Positions 35,425 through 44,213 of a stretch of 64,000 nt of DNA are shown piece after piece. The translations under genes and the position numbers were made by a program. This DNA is from Acidimicrobiales bacterium (GTDB lineage Bacteria; Actinomycetota; Acidimicrobiia; Acidimicrobiales; UBA8592), in assembly GCA_046290435.1 (NCBI GenBank), contig JBKAGO010000053.1, positions 568 through 64,567 on the forward strand, in the 5' to 3' direction. The notes under the pieces were generated by a model. That model was given only the letters and a program-made list of their open reading frames with translations, had not been told where the DNA came from and searched no databases. The stretch's first letter is position 1, and each line of letters begins with the position of its first letter.

Positions 35425-36063
35425 TCACTCGAAGAAGGGGTTCTCGCCTGCTTCGTGGTCGGTGACGTCGACGATCTCGGTGATCTCGGGGATCGACTCG
35501 GCGATCATCACCTCGATGCCCTGACGCAGCGTCGCCGCGCTCATGGCGCAGCCCTGGCAGCCGCCGCCCATCAGGATGTGGGCAACGGTGTCCTCCATCT
35601 TCACCAGCTCGGCGTAGCCGCCGTGTGCGGCGAGCGAGGGGTTGATGTGACGCTCGAGGAGCTGCTGGAGCTTCTCCTCGGGGGTGCCCGTGAGCTCGAT
35701 GTCGGTGCCGTCGAGGGGGTTCGGACGGTTGGGGTTGCGGATGACGAGCCCACCCTGCATGGGGTTGGAGGGCAGGTCGAGGGTGGCGCCGGTGAGGTTC
35801 TCGACGCTGTCGGCCGGGACCATCACGGTGAGGTCACCGACCTGGTAGACGAGCTCGCCCTCTTCGGCGTCGGTGATCGTCTCGAATGACAGGTCGTAGG
35901 AGAACTCGACCCCGTTGACGCCGGTGATACGGACGCGCAGGCCCAGCGTCTCGGGCTCGTCTTCGGCACCGCGGACCTCGAGAACCTTCTCGAGCGCCTC
36001 CTCGGTGACCTCGAGGGCCACGGCGTCAGCGGTCTCGGCATCGTCGAGCGTCTGCGTCGTCAT
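35425..36063 (-). CDS. NfuA-like Fe-S cluster carrier (degenerate HesB/IscA-like N-domain plus NifU C-domain)
   Basis: C-terminal GGGCQGCAMS (CxxC) after INPSLAAHGGY. 212 aa. Confidence 0.82.
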   Translation of the reverse strand: MTTQTLDDAETADAVALEVTEEALEKVLEVRGAEDEPETLGLRVRITGVNGVEFSYDLSFETITDAEEGELVYQVGDLTVMVPADSVENLTGATLDLPSNPMQGGLVIRNPNRPNPLDGTDIELTGTPEEKLQQLLERHINPSLAAHGGYAELVKMEDTVAHILMGGGCQGCAMSAATLRQGIEVMIAESIPEITEIVDVTDHEAGENPFFE

Positions 36064-36166
36064 GAAAGCGAATACTACCGGCCCAGACCGTGGTAATGAA
36101 CGCCAACCGCCGGGTCGGAGCCGAGAACACCGGAAAACCCCGCGAACGGGGCCGGTCCGACGGCGC

Positions 36167-38020
36167 TCAGCGGTTCTCGAGTTCCTCGCCCAGTTCGAGC
36201 CAGCGGTCCTCGGCCTCGGCGAGCTCGGCTTCGACAGCGGCGAGTTCCGCTCCGAGTTCGCGGAGCCGCTCGTGGTCGGCGGCGGCGTCGACCAACTCGT
36301 CGTTCAGCACGCCGCGCCGCTTGTCGAGGCGGGCGATGCGCTTCTCGGTGTCCTTGATCTCGTGGCGGATCGTGCTGACCGACCGCCCCGACGACGGGCC
36401 GGCGCCCTTCGCCTCGTGCCGTGCCCTGCTCCCGGAAGCCTTGGCGCCGGAAGCCTTGGCGCCGGAAGCCTTGGCGCCGGAACCGGAACTGCTGCCGCTC
36501 GGTTGCGCGGTTGCTGCGATCGAGCCCCGGCGGACCGCAGACCGCACCCGCTGTTGTTCCTCCCATGCGGCGTAGCCGCCCGGGAAGCGGCCGGCCCGTC
36601 CTCCGCTGCCGTCGAGCGCGATGACGTCTTCGACGGTGCGCTCGAGGAACGCCCGGTCGTGGCTGACCACGATGAGGGTCCCCGGCCAGTCGTCGAGGAA
36701 GCCCTCCAGGGCCCGCAGGGTGTCGAGATCGAGGTCGTTGGTGGGCTCGTCGAGGAGCAACACGTTCGGCCGCTTCGACAACGTGACCACCAGCTGGAGA
36801 CGGCGCCGCTCGCCGCCCGACAGCAGGCGCACCGGCGACCACTGGACGTCGTCGTCGAACCAGAACGATCGCATCAACGCGCTGTCGCGCCAGTCGGGCT
36901 CCTTCTTGCCGCCGGTGATGACCTCGCGGACCCGTTGTTCGGGATCGAGCTCGACGCCGAGCTGATCGTGATAGCCGAGCTGCACGGTCGGCCCGATGAT
37001 GACCTGGCCCTCGCGGGGGGTCGTCCGGCCGGCGATGACGTCGAGAAGCGTCGACTTGCCGGTGCCGTTGAGCCCGACGATCCCGAGGCGGTCGCCGGGG
37101 CCCAACAAGAGGTCGGTGTTGCGGAACAGCCACCGGTCCCCGTGGCCGTGACCGACCTTGCGGAGCTCGATGACCTGGTCGCCCAGACGGGGCATCTCGG
37201 CGTGGAGGGCCAGCTCGCCCTGACGGGCCGGCGCGTCGACCTCGTGGTTGATGACCGCCAGCGCCCGTTCGGTGTGGGCCTTCGACTTGCGGGTACGGGC
37301 CGGCGCACCTCGGCGCAGCCACGCCAGTTCCTGGCGGGCGAGGATCCGGCGGGAGTCCTCGGCCTTGGCCTCGAGCTCCTCGCGGCGCTCCTTGCCGTCG
37401 AGGTACCCGTCGTAGCCGCCGGTGTGGAGGTGGCCCTTGCCGCGGTCGAGCTCGAGGACCCGGGTGGTGACACGGTCGAGCAGGTGGCGGTCGTGGGAAA
37501 CCAACACGATGGCACCGCGATGGCCGGCGAGGCGTTCCTCGAGCCAGTGGATCGCACCGATGTCGAGATGGTTGGTGGGCTCGTCGAGCACGAGCAGGTC
37601 GGCGTCGGACACGAGTGTCCGGGCCAGCGCGACCCGCTTCGCCTCGCCACCCGACAGCGCCTCGGTGCGGGCCTCGAGCAGTGGCGTCATGCCCAACCGG
37701 TCGAGGATCGCCTCGATCTCCCACGTGGACGCGCCCTCGCCGAGACCCGCAACGGCGGCCTGGCGGACCGTGCCCGGCGGCAGCACCGGATCCTGGTCGA
37801 GCACGGCGATGGTGGCATCGCGACCGCGGCGGACGGTGCCGGCATCGGGCGTCTCGTCGCCGGCGAGCACCCGCAGCAGCGTCGACTTGCCGGTCCCGTT
37901 GATGCCCACGACCCCGATGCGCTCGCCCGTCGAGATCGTCAGCGAGACATCACGCAGCAGGTCCCGCTCGGGGCGCGTGATCGTGACGGCATCGACATCG
38001 ACCAGGATCATCGTGTGCAA
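36167..38020 (-). CDS. ABC-F family ATPase (two ABC cassettes, no TM domain)
   Basis: Walker A GINGTGKST and GLNGTGKST. Two LSGGE signatures. A coiled-coil C-terminus containing (GAKAS)3. Alternative ATG at 38011. Confidence 0.9.
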   Translation of the reverse strand: MHTMILVDVDAVTITRPERDLLRDVSLTISTGERIGVVGINGTGKSTLLRVLAGDETPDAGTVRRGRDATIAVLDQDPVLPPGTVRQAAVAGLGEGASTWEIEAILDRLGMTPLLEARTEALSGGEAKRVALARTLVSDADLLVLDEPTNHLDIGAIHWLEERLAGHRGAIVLVSHDRHLLDRVTTRVLELDRGKGHLHTGGYDGYLDGKERREELEAKAEDSRRILARQELAWLRRGAPARTRKSKAHTERALAVINHEVDAPARQGELALHAEMPRLGDQVIELRKVGHGHGDRWLFRNTDLLLGPGDRLGIVGLNGTGKSTLLDVIAGRTTPREGQVIIGPTVQLGYHDQLGVELDPEQRVREVITGGKKEPDWRDSALMRSFWFDDDVQWSPVRLLSGGERRRLQLVVTLSKRPNVLLLDEPTNDLDLDTLRALEGFLDDWPGTLIVVSHDRAFLERTVEDVIALDGSGGRAGRFPGGYAAWEEQQRVRSAVRRGSIAATAQPSGSSSGSGAKASGAKASGAKASGSRARHEAKGAGPSSGRSVSTIRHEIKDTEKRIARLDKRRGVLNDELVDAAADHERLRELGAELAAVEAELAEAEDRWLELGEELENR

Positions 38021-38046
38021 GGTAGTGGGGCGGAGGCCTGCTTCGA

Positions 38047-38094
38047 TCCCGCTTCGGGCCTTCTCCGGAAAACCGGAAGTCGGGTCTGACCCCG
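38047..38094. repeat. Decayed copy of the 24056..24144 element (arm-like halves, spacer collapsed)
   Basis: cccgcttcgggccttctc resembles cccgctttcccgctttctc. ggaaaaccggaagtcgggtctgacccc resembles gagaaagcgggaaagcggggtctgacccc. Aligned by eye. Confidence 0.5.
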
Positions 38095-38109
38095 GGTAAC
38101 GTCGCCGCC

Positions 38110-38826
38110 ATGGCAGATCAGCTCAGCTCCGCAGTCTCGTTCGAGGTCACCGACGGTGTCGGCGTCATCCGTGTCGACGACGGCAAGGCCAACGCCCTCG
38201 GCCACGAGGCCATCGACGCGATCGGCGTCGGTCTCGACCGGGCCGAGACCGAGGCCGGAGCGGTCCTGCTCATCGGGCGGGAAGGCAAGTTCTGCGCGGG
38301 GTTCGACCTCGCCACCATGACCGGCGGCGACATCGATGCCACCCGGGCCCTGCTCGGCGCCGGCGCCGAGCTGTCGCTGCGCCTCTACCTGCATCCCCAG
38401 CCCGTCGTCATGGCGGCCACCGGCCACGCGCTGGCGCTCGGCGCGATCCTGTTGATGGCCGGCGACGTCCGCATCGGCGCCGACGGCCCCTACAAGATCG
38501 GCACCAACGAGGTGGCCATCGGCCTGCCCGTCCCCCGCTTCGCCGTGGCCCTCGCCCAGGACCGCCTCAGCCGCCGCCACCTCCAGCAGGCCACCCAGTT
38601 CGCGCAGGTGTACGACCCCGCCGGCGCGGTCGACGCCGGCTACCTCGACCGCACCGTCGGCCCCGAGGACCTCGAGGCCGACGCGTTGGCGACGGCGTCC
38701 GCCGCGGCATCCGGCCTCAAGCGGGGCGCCTTCGCCGCGACGCGTGGCTACATGCGCAACACCACGGCCGAGGCCTTCCGTGCCGGGTTGGTGCTCGATC
38801 TGCAGGACTTCACCGTCGAGGCCTGA
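38110..38826 (+). CDS. Enoyl-CoA hydratase/isomerase (crotonase) family protein
   Basis: VLLIGREGKFCAGFDL and AATGHALALGA. 238 aa. Confidence 0.85.
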   Translation: MADQLSSAVSFEVTDGVGVIRVDDGKANALGHEAIDAIGVGLDRAETEAGAVLLIGREGKFCAGFDLATMTGGDIDATRALLGAGAELSLRLYLHPQPVVMAATGHALALGAILLMAGDVRIGADGPYKIGTNEVAIGLPVPRFAVALAQDRLSRRHLQQATQFAQVYDPAGAVDAGYLDRTVGPEDLEADALATASAAASGLKRGAFAATRGYMRNTTAEAFRAGLVLDLQDFTVEA

Positions 38827-38912
38827 CCCCCGAGGGAATGCCCCGGCGTCTCGGGCGGTTCTGTGCCCGGGCCACCGAACCCGACCGACCCCCAGACTGC
38901 GAAGGCACGGCA

Positions 38913-39266
38913 ATGAGCGACTCCCCCACCCCCAGCGGCGGCAACGACACCATCGACGCCATCGAGTTCTACTGGCGACCCGGCTGCGGCTTCTGCATGG
39001 CGCTCGACCGCAAGCTGTCCAAGGCCGGCATCGCCATGAACAAGCACAACATCTGGGAGAACCCCGCCGACGCCGAGACGGTGCGCTCCATCGCCAACGG
39101 CAACGAGACGGTGCCGACGGTCGTGGTCGGCCGCAAGGCCATGGTCAACCCCAGCCTCGGTCAGGTCATCTCGGCCCTGTCTGTCGAGGCCCCCCACCTC
39201 GTCCCCGAAGGCGGCGACGAGCCCGGCCCCCTCGGCAAGATCACCTCCAAACTCTTCGACCGCTGA
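38913..39266 (+). CDS. Glutaredoxin-like protein (mycoredoxin-type)
   Basis: ATG 38913 after GAAGG. Active site WRPGCGFCM and TVPTVVVG. The upstream part of ORF 38838..39266 is rejected. Confidence 0.8.
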   Translation: MSDSPTPSGGNDTIDAIEFYWRPGCGFCMALDRKLSKAGIAMNKHNIWENPADAETVRSIANGNETVPTVVVGRKAMVNPSLGQVISALSVEAPHLVPEGGDEPGPLGKITSKLFDR

Positions 39267-39300
39267 ACCTCTGGGGCGCAACCGCTGGGGTCCAACCACT

Positions 39301-39388
39301 GGGGTCAAGTCGTACTTTCAACCAACTCCGGGTTGACAGCCCACCAGGCCGCTGCGTGATGAGTTGGTTGAAAGTACGACTTGACCCC
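39301..39388. repeat. Perfect 28-bp inverted repeat (39301-39328 / 39361-39388) with a 32-nt spacer; arms are unusually AT-rich for this window
   Basis: ggggtcaagtcgtactttcaaccaactc ... gagttggttgaaagtacgacttgacccc read directly. Confidence 0.9.
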
Positions 39389-39404
39389 TGTCCTACCCCG
39401 GTCC

Positions 39405-39425
39405 GAAAGTACGACTTGACCCCTG
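39405..39425. repeat. Extra 21-bp direct copy of the right-arm end of the 39301..39388 element
   Basis: gaaagtacgacttgacccctg equals 39370-39390. Confidence 0.85.
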
Positions 39426-39458
39426 CACGAACACGTCGCGTCTGCCGATCCAATTACG

Positions 39459-42400
39459 GTGGACGCCGTGCGGTTGCTCCGAGCTCATCCGACGGCGGCG
39501 CGCCGCATGCTGCTCGGGTCGATCCTGCTCGTCGCGTTCATGCTGCGCGCCTGGAACCTCGACTGGGACGAAGGCACCCATCAGCACCCCGACGAGCGCT
39601 ACTGGAGCATCGTCACCGATGACATCTCCTGGCCCGGCTTCACCGGCTACTTCGACAGCATCGGATCCGAGCTCAATCCCTACACCGACCGCAGCACCTG
39701 GGTCTACGGCACCGCTCCGCTGTTCGCCACCAAGGCGACGGCGGCGTTCCTGGCCGACGGGCCGTTCCCGGCAGGAGCCATCGTCACCACCGCCGACACG
39801 TTGGGGATCGAGCTGCGTACCGACGGCACCGACGCCGCGGGCGAGCCCGTACGGGTCGACGCCTTCGACGCGGGCTACAACGCGAACCTCATCGGACGGC
39901 TGCTCTCGGCGCTGATCGACACCGCCACCGTCGCCCTCGTCTACCTCCTCGGGCGACGTCTCTGGGACCGCCGGGTGGGGCTGGTCGGCGCTGCGCTGGC
40001 GACGTTCTGCGTCCTGTCGATCCAGTACTCGCACTTCCACGGCGCCGAGGCCTGGGTCACGTTCTTCGTGACGGCCGCCGTGCTGGTGTCGCTCCGCCTC
40101 GCCGACGGGCAGCTTGCGCCCCGCGTCGCCGCAGGGGCCGGGGTCCTCCTCGGCCTGGCCGCGGCGTCGAAGCTCATCGCCGTCGCCGCGCTCGTCGTGC
40201 CGGCGACCGCGCTCGCCGTCGCCGCCGGCCCTGCCGCCTGGCGCGAGCTGCGCCACCGCGTCCGCCGGGTCGTGCCCGGCGCACCCCCACCGCGTCGCAC
40301 GGATCTGGCCCGCACCACCCAGGCAGTCATCGCCGGCATCGTGGTGTTGGCGACGACGGCGTTCACGTTCCGGGTGTTCCAGCCCTATGCCTTCGAGGGC
40401 ATCATCTCCCTCGACGAGCGCTTCACCGCCGACCTCACCTATCTCAGCGACGTCAACGCCGGCGGGAACGTCCCCTGGGTGGTCCAGTGGATCGATCGCA
40501 CGCCGCTGTGGTTCCCGCTGCAGTCTGCGTTCTGGTGGGGCATGGGACCGGCGCTCGCGCTGGCCGTGGCCGCCGGGGTGGCTCTGGCGGTGCGCGATGT
40601 CGTGCGCTACCGCCGGTACGAGTTGCTCGTGCCGCTCGTGCTGATCGCAGTGATGCTCGGGCTGGTCTCCCAGCAGTTCAATCCACTCATCCGCTACCTG
40701 CTGCCGGCGTACCCGACCGCCATCGCCCTGGCCGCGGCCGCGGTGGTCCGGGCCTTCGACGTCGGCCGCCGGACCGTCGCCACACGCCCCCTTCGCGCCC
40801 GGGCGCTCCAGGTCGGCGCCATCGCCGTCGTCGCAGTCACCGCGTTCTGGGGCCTCGCGTTCGTCAACGGCGTCTACGACACCGAACACCCCCGCATCGA
40901 GGCAAGCCGGTGGATGGCCGAGAACCTCCCCCCCGACGCGGCCATCTCCGCCCAGATCTGGGACGACGCCCTGCCGTTGGCGGTTCCGGGAACCGAGGGC
41001 TTCGCCCCGACGCTCGTGTCGTTCGATCCCTTCGCTCCCGACTCCTCGGTCGATCCCGAGACCGGCCGCACCAAGGTCGACGAACTCCTCGCCGACCTCG
41101 ACTCGGTCGACTACGTCGTCGAGGCCAGCAACCGCATCTACGACTCCGTCCGTCGCGTTCCCGCCAAGTACCCGGCCACCACCGCGTACTACGACGCCCT
41201 GTTCGACGGCAGCCTGGGCTTCGAACGCATCGCCCGGTTCCGCAACCAGCCGTCGCTGTTCGGCATCGACCTGCCCAGCCACGACGCCGAGGAGACCTTC
41301 ACGGTCTACGACCACCCCACCGTCACCATCTGGCGCAAGACCGACGCCTTCTCCGTGGAGCGGGCACGGGCCATCCTCAACCCGAGCCGGGCCGCCCTCG
41401 CCCCCGACCTGGTGCCGGCGGAGGCGTCGACCAACGCCATCGCGCTCCGACCCGACGCGCTGGCCCAGGCCCGCACCGGCGAGACGTTCTCCGAGGCATT
41501 CACCGACGACGGGGCCATCGCCGCCACCCCGTGGCTGTGGTGGCTCGTGTGGATCCAGCTGGCCGCATTCGCCGTGCTGCCCTGGACCACCCGGCTGTTC
41601 GCTCCCCTCGCCGACCACGGCTACGGCCTCTCGAAGGTCATCGGCTTCACCGCGGTGAGCGGCCTCGCCTGGGCGACGACGGCATGGGGTGTCGCCGACA
41701 GCGGGCGTGCCCTGTCCTGGTTCTGGATGGCCGTCCTGGTCGGGGCAGGGGCCACCGCCTGGTGGCACCAGCGTCACCGCATCGTGGCCATCGCCTCGCA
41801 GGCCCGAGTGTCCTGGGCGGCATCGGAGCTGGTCTTCCTCTCGGTGTTCGGGCTGGCGCTGTGGCTGCGCGCGGCCAATCCCGACCTGTGGGAGGCCTTT
41901 CTGGGCGGCGAGAAGCCGATGGAGCTGGCCTACATAACCGCCATCGGCCGGTCGGGCGAGCTGCCCGCGCCCGACCCGTGGTTCGGCGGCGGGGCCATGA
42001 ACTACTACTACCTGGGCTGGTATCTGCTGACGGTGCCGATGCGGGCGCTGCGGTTGCTGCCAGAGGTCGCGTTCAATCTCGGGGTCGCCACCTACGCGGC
42101 GATGACCGCGACGGTGGCCTTCTCGACGGTCCACAACCTGGTCGCGCTCGGCACCCGACGTGCACGCAACCCGGCGAGCGCTCCGATCGGCGCCGGGCTG
42201 CTGGGCGTCGTGCTGCTGTGCGGCATCGGCAACTACGACGCCATCCGCCAGCACATCGACCGGTTGCAGAGCGTCAACACCTGGACCGGACCGGCCGACT
42301 GGCCGGTCGTCGGACCCGTCGTCGCGGTGATCGGCGGCAGCTGGGCATGGATCTCGGGCACGCCTCTCCCCCGCTTCGACTGGTGGGGCCCGAGCCGGGT

Positions 42401-44150
42401 CAACAGCGGCAACATCGACATAACCGAGTTCCCATACTTCACGTTCCTGTTCGGCGACCTGCACCCGCATATGATGGGGATGGTGTTCGTCGGCCTGGCC
42501 GCATCGGTCGCCCTCGCGTATCTCGTCGCCGCCCACGCCGGCGACCGTCGCCGCACCATGGTGCTGGCCGTCGGCCTCGGCGTCGTCACCGCGGTGTCGC
42601 GCATGGTGAACACCTGGGACCTGCCCACCGTCGCGATCCTCGCCGTGGGGGCGATCGTCATCGGCCAGGTGATCGCGCCGCGACGTGACCGCATCGACGC
42701 GCCGACGGGGAGGGCCGCGGTCCTGGCCGTTGCCGGGTTGGCCGTCGGCCTGTCGAGCGTCGGCGGAGCGGGCGGCGCGGCCCCGTTGGTCATCGGCGCT
42801 GCAGGCGCCTGCGGTGCGCTGGCCCTGGTCCTGCGCCCCGGTGCAGCCGACCGGTTGCTGCGCGCGGTGGGGCACCTCGGGGCGGTCGCTGCGGTCCATG
42901 TCGTCGCCACCTGGCCGTACGTCCGCACCACCGAGACCTACGACACGGGCATCGGCGGCGCCGTCGCCACGACGCCCCTCGACGATCATCTGACGCACTG
43001 GGGCCTGTTCCTCACGATCGCCGTGGCCCTGGCCGCCGGGCTGATCGTCGACGAACGCCGGCGCCGCCGCTGGGACGACGACCCGGTGGCGCTGGTGCCC
43101 GGCACCGACGCGGGCGATCGCATCGCCGTCGCCGTGGCCACCGGGGCGCTGGCGCTGGCTGCGCTGCTCGCCCTGTTCACCACCAGCGCCGTGTTCGCGC
43201 TCGGGGTGATCGGCTCCGTCGTGATGCTCGCGCTGGGCGTGCGCGAGATCCGCCGCAGCGATCCCGACATCGGCCGGATCGTCGTGCTCGGCATGTTCGC
43301 CCTCGGCTTCGCCATCAGCAGCGGCGTCGACCTCATCACCCTCGAGAACGACATCGAGCGGATGAACACCGTCTTCAAGTTCTGGTTGCAGGCCTGGCAG
43401 CTGTTCGCGTTGGCGGCGGCGGCGGCGGTATGGCAGGTGGTCCGGATACTGCGGGACCGGCCCTCGGGCGGCCAACGGTCGTCGCAGGTGTGGGTCGGCG
43501 TCGTCGCCGTACTGGTGTTGGCCGGACTCGCCTACCCGCTGCTCGGCACCCAGACCCGCGTCGAGACCCGATTCGCGGCGCTGCCGGCGACGCTCGACGG
43601 CCTCGAGTACCTCGATGCCGACCCCGTCATCTGGCGCCTCGACGACCCCGACGGCGACGGCCAGACCACCGAGGTCCAGGTCCGCATCGCCGACGACCTG
43701 CCCCTCATCGAATGGCTGCGCGACAACGTCGCCGGCACCCCGACGGTGGCCGAGTGGGCCGGCCCCGCGTACGACTGGAACGCGCGCATCGCCACGCACA
43801 CCGGCATGCAGGCCGTCGTCGGATGGGAGTGGCACCAACGCCAACAGCGCTGGACGTTCCAGGAGACCGTCGGCCAACGGGTCGCCGCCACCCAGCGGTT
43901 CTTCCGCAACGCGGATCAGGCAGAGGCCACCCGGTACCTGCAGGCCCACGACGTGGCGTACGTGGTCGTCGGCACCCAGGAGCGCAGATTCGGCACCCCC
44001 GAGGCGCTGGCCGCCATCGCCGATCATCCGGCACTGGTCGAGGTCTTCGCTGCCGCCGAGGGCGACGGCCGCATCTACGCGGTCGACCGCGAGGCGTTGT
44101 GGGCGCAACCGGTCGTCGCCGACGCGCTGCGTACCGACGAGAACGCCTGA
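39459..44150 (+). CDS. Giant polytopic membrane protein, DUF2298 / Chlor_Arch_YYY (TIGR03662-type) with a GT-C-like N-terminal region
   Basis: 1563-aa ORF. HPDERYW after the first TM. The family motif YYY-x-G is present as AMNYYYLGWY. Dozens of hydrophobic helices. Alternative ATG at 39507. Confidence 0.85.
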   Translation: MDAVRLLRAHPTAARRMLLGSILLVAFMLRAWNLDWDEGTHQHPDERYWSIVTDDISWPGFTGYFDSIGSELNPYTDRSTWVYGTAPLFATKATAAFLADGPFPAGAIVTTADTLGIELRTDGTDAAGEPVRVDAFDAGYNANLIGRLLSALIDTATVALVYLLGRRLWDRRVGLVGAALATFCVLSIQYSHFHGAEAWVTFFVTAAVLVSLRLADGQLAPRVAAGAGVLLGLAAASKLIAVAALVVPATALAVAAGPAAWRELRHRVRRVVPGAPPPRRTDLARTTQAVIAGIVVLATTAFTFRVFQPYAFEGIISLDERFTADLTYLSDVNAGGNVPWVVQWIDRTPLWFPLQSAFWWGMGPALALAVAAGVALAVRDVVRYRRYELLVPLVLIAVMLGLVSQQFNPLIRYLLPAYPTAIALAAAAVVRAFDVGRRTVATRPLRARALQVGAIAVVAVTAFWGLAFVNGVYDTEHPRIEASRWMAENLPPDAAISAQIWDDALPLAVPGTEGFAPTLVSFDPFAPDSSVDPETGRTKVDELLADLDSVDYVVEASNRIYDSVRRVPAKYPATTAYYDALFDGSLGFERIARFRNQPSLFGIDLPSHDAEETFTVYDHPTVTIWRKTDAFSVERARAILNPSRAALAPDLVPAEASTNAIALRPDALAQARTGETFSEAFTDDGAIAATPWLWWLVWIQLAAFAVLPWTTRLFAPLADHGYGLSKVIGFTAVSGLAWATTAWGVADSGRALSWFWMAVLVGAGATAWWHQRHRIVAIASQARVSWAASELVFLSVFGLALWLRAANPDLWEAFLGGEKPMELAYITAIGRSGELPAPDPWFGGGAMNYYYLGWYLLTVPMRALRLLPEVAFNLGVATYAAMTATVAFSTVHNLVALGTRRARNPASAPIGAGLLGVVLLCGIGNYDAIRQHIDRLQSVNTWTGPADWPVVGPVVAVIGGSWAWISGTPLPRFDWWGPSRVNSGNIDITEFPYFTFLFGDLHPHMMGMVFVGLAASVALAYLVAAHAGDRRRTMVLAVGLGVVTAVSRMVNTWDLPTVAILAVGAIVIGQVIAPRRDRIDAPTGRAAVLAVAGLAVGLSSVGGAGGAAPLVIGAAGACGALALVLRPGAADRLLRAVGHLGAVAAVHVVATWPYVRTTETYDTGIGGAVATTPLDDHLTHWGLFLTIAVALAAGLIVDERRRRRWDDDPVALVPGTDAGDRIAVAVATGALALAALLALFTTSAVFALGVIGSVVMLALGVREIRRSDPDIGRIVVLGMFALGFAISSGVDLITLENDIERMNTVFKFWLQAWQLFALAAAAAVWQVVRILRDRPSGGQRSSQVWVGVVAVLVLAGLAYPLLGTQTRVETRFAALPATLDGLEYLDADPVIWRLDDPDGDGQTTEVQVRIADDLPLIEWLRDNVAGTPTVAEWAGPAYDWNARIATHTGMQAVVGWEWHQRQQRWTFQETVGQRVAATQRFFRNADQAEATRYLQAHDVAYVVVGTQERRFGTPEALAAIADHPALVEVFAAAEGDGRIYAVDREALWAQPVVADALRTDENA

Positions 44151-44213
44151 GGCACCATCGCCCCACGCACCGACATTGCTTGCGCGCGGGTGCGGCACCG
44201 GTCACACTTCGCC

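Noticed and set aside
36421-36480. 15-bp tandem repeat (ccggaagccttggcg x3) encoding (GAKAS)3 in the ABC-F C-terminal region. The Ser/Lys-rich repeats at 20885..21000 in the FmdB-like tail are similar.
   Set aside because: These are in-frame low-complexity linkers in otherwise standard proteins, with nothing suggesting a separate function.
39333-39338. TTGACA in the spacer of the 39.3-kb palindrome as the -35 box of the DUF2298 gene promoter.
   Set aside because: No acceptable -10 (TANNNT) lies 16-19 nt downstream. A single hexamer match is weak evidence.
24056-39425. CRISPR-like interpretation of the 28-29 bp repeats with ~32-nt spacers.
   Set aside because: The repeats are inverted, not direct. 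Each locus has a single pair, the arm sequences differ between loci, and there are no cas genes in the window.
39393-44198. 1601-aa minus-strand ORF antisense to the DUF2298 gene. Similar very long alternate-frame ORFs include 106..1152(-), 6548..8296(-), 8317..10077(-), 23873..26419(+), 46342..48984(+), 46619..48940(-), 50233..51894(-), 52935..55637(-) and 60596..62614(-).
   Set aside because: Their products are Arg/Gly/Pro/Asp-rich low-complexity sequences with no recognisable motifs. They overlap ORFs that carry clear family signatures. Stop-codon scarcity at ~70% GC produces such shadow ORFs.
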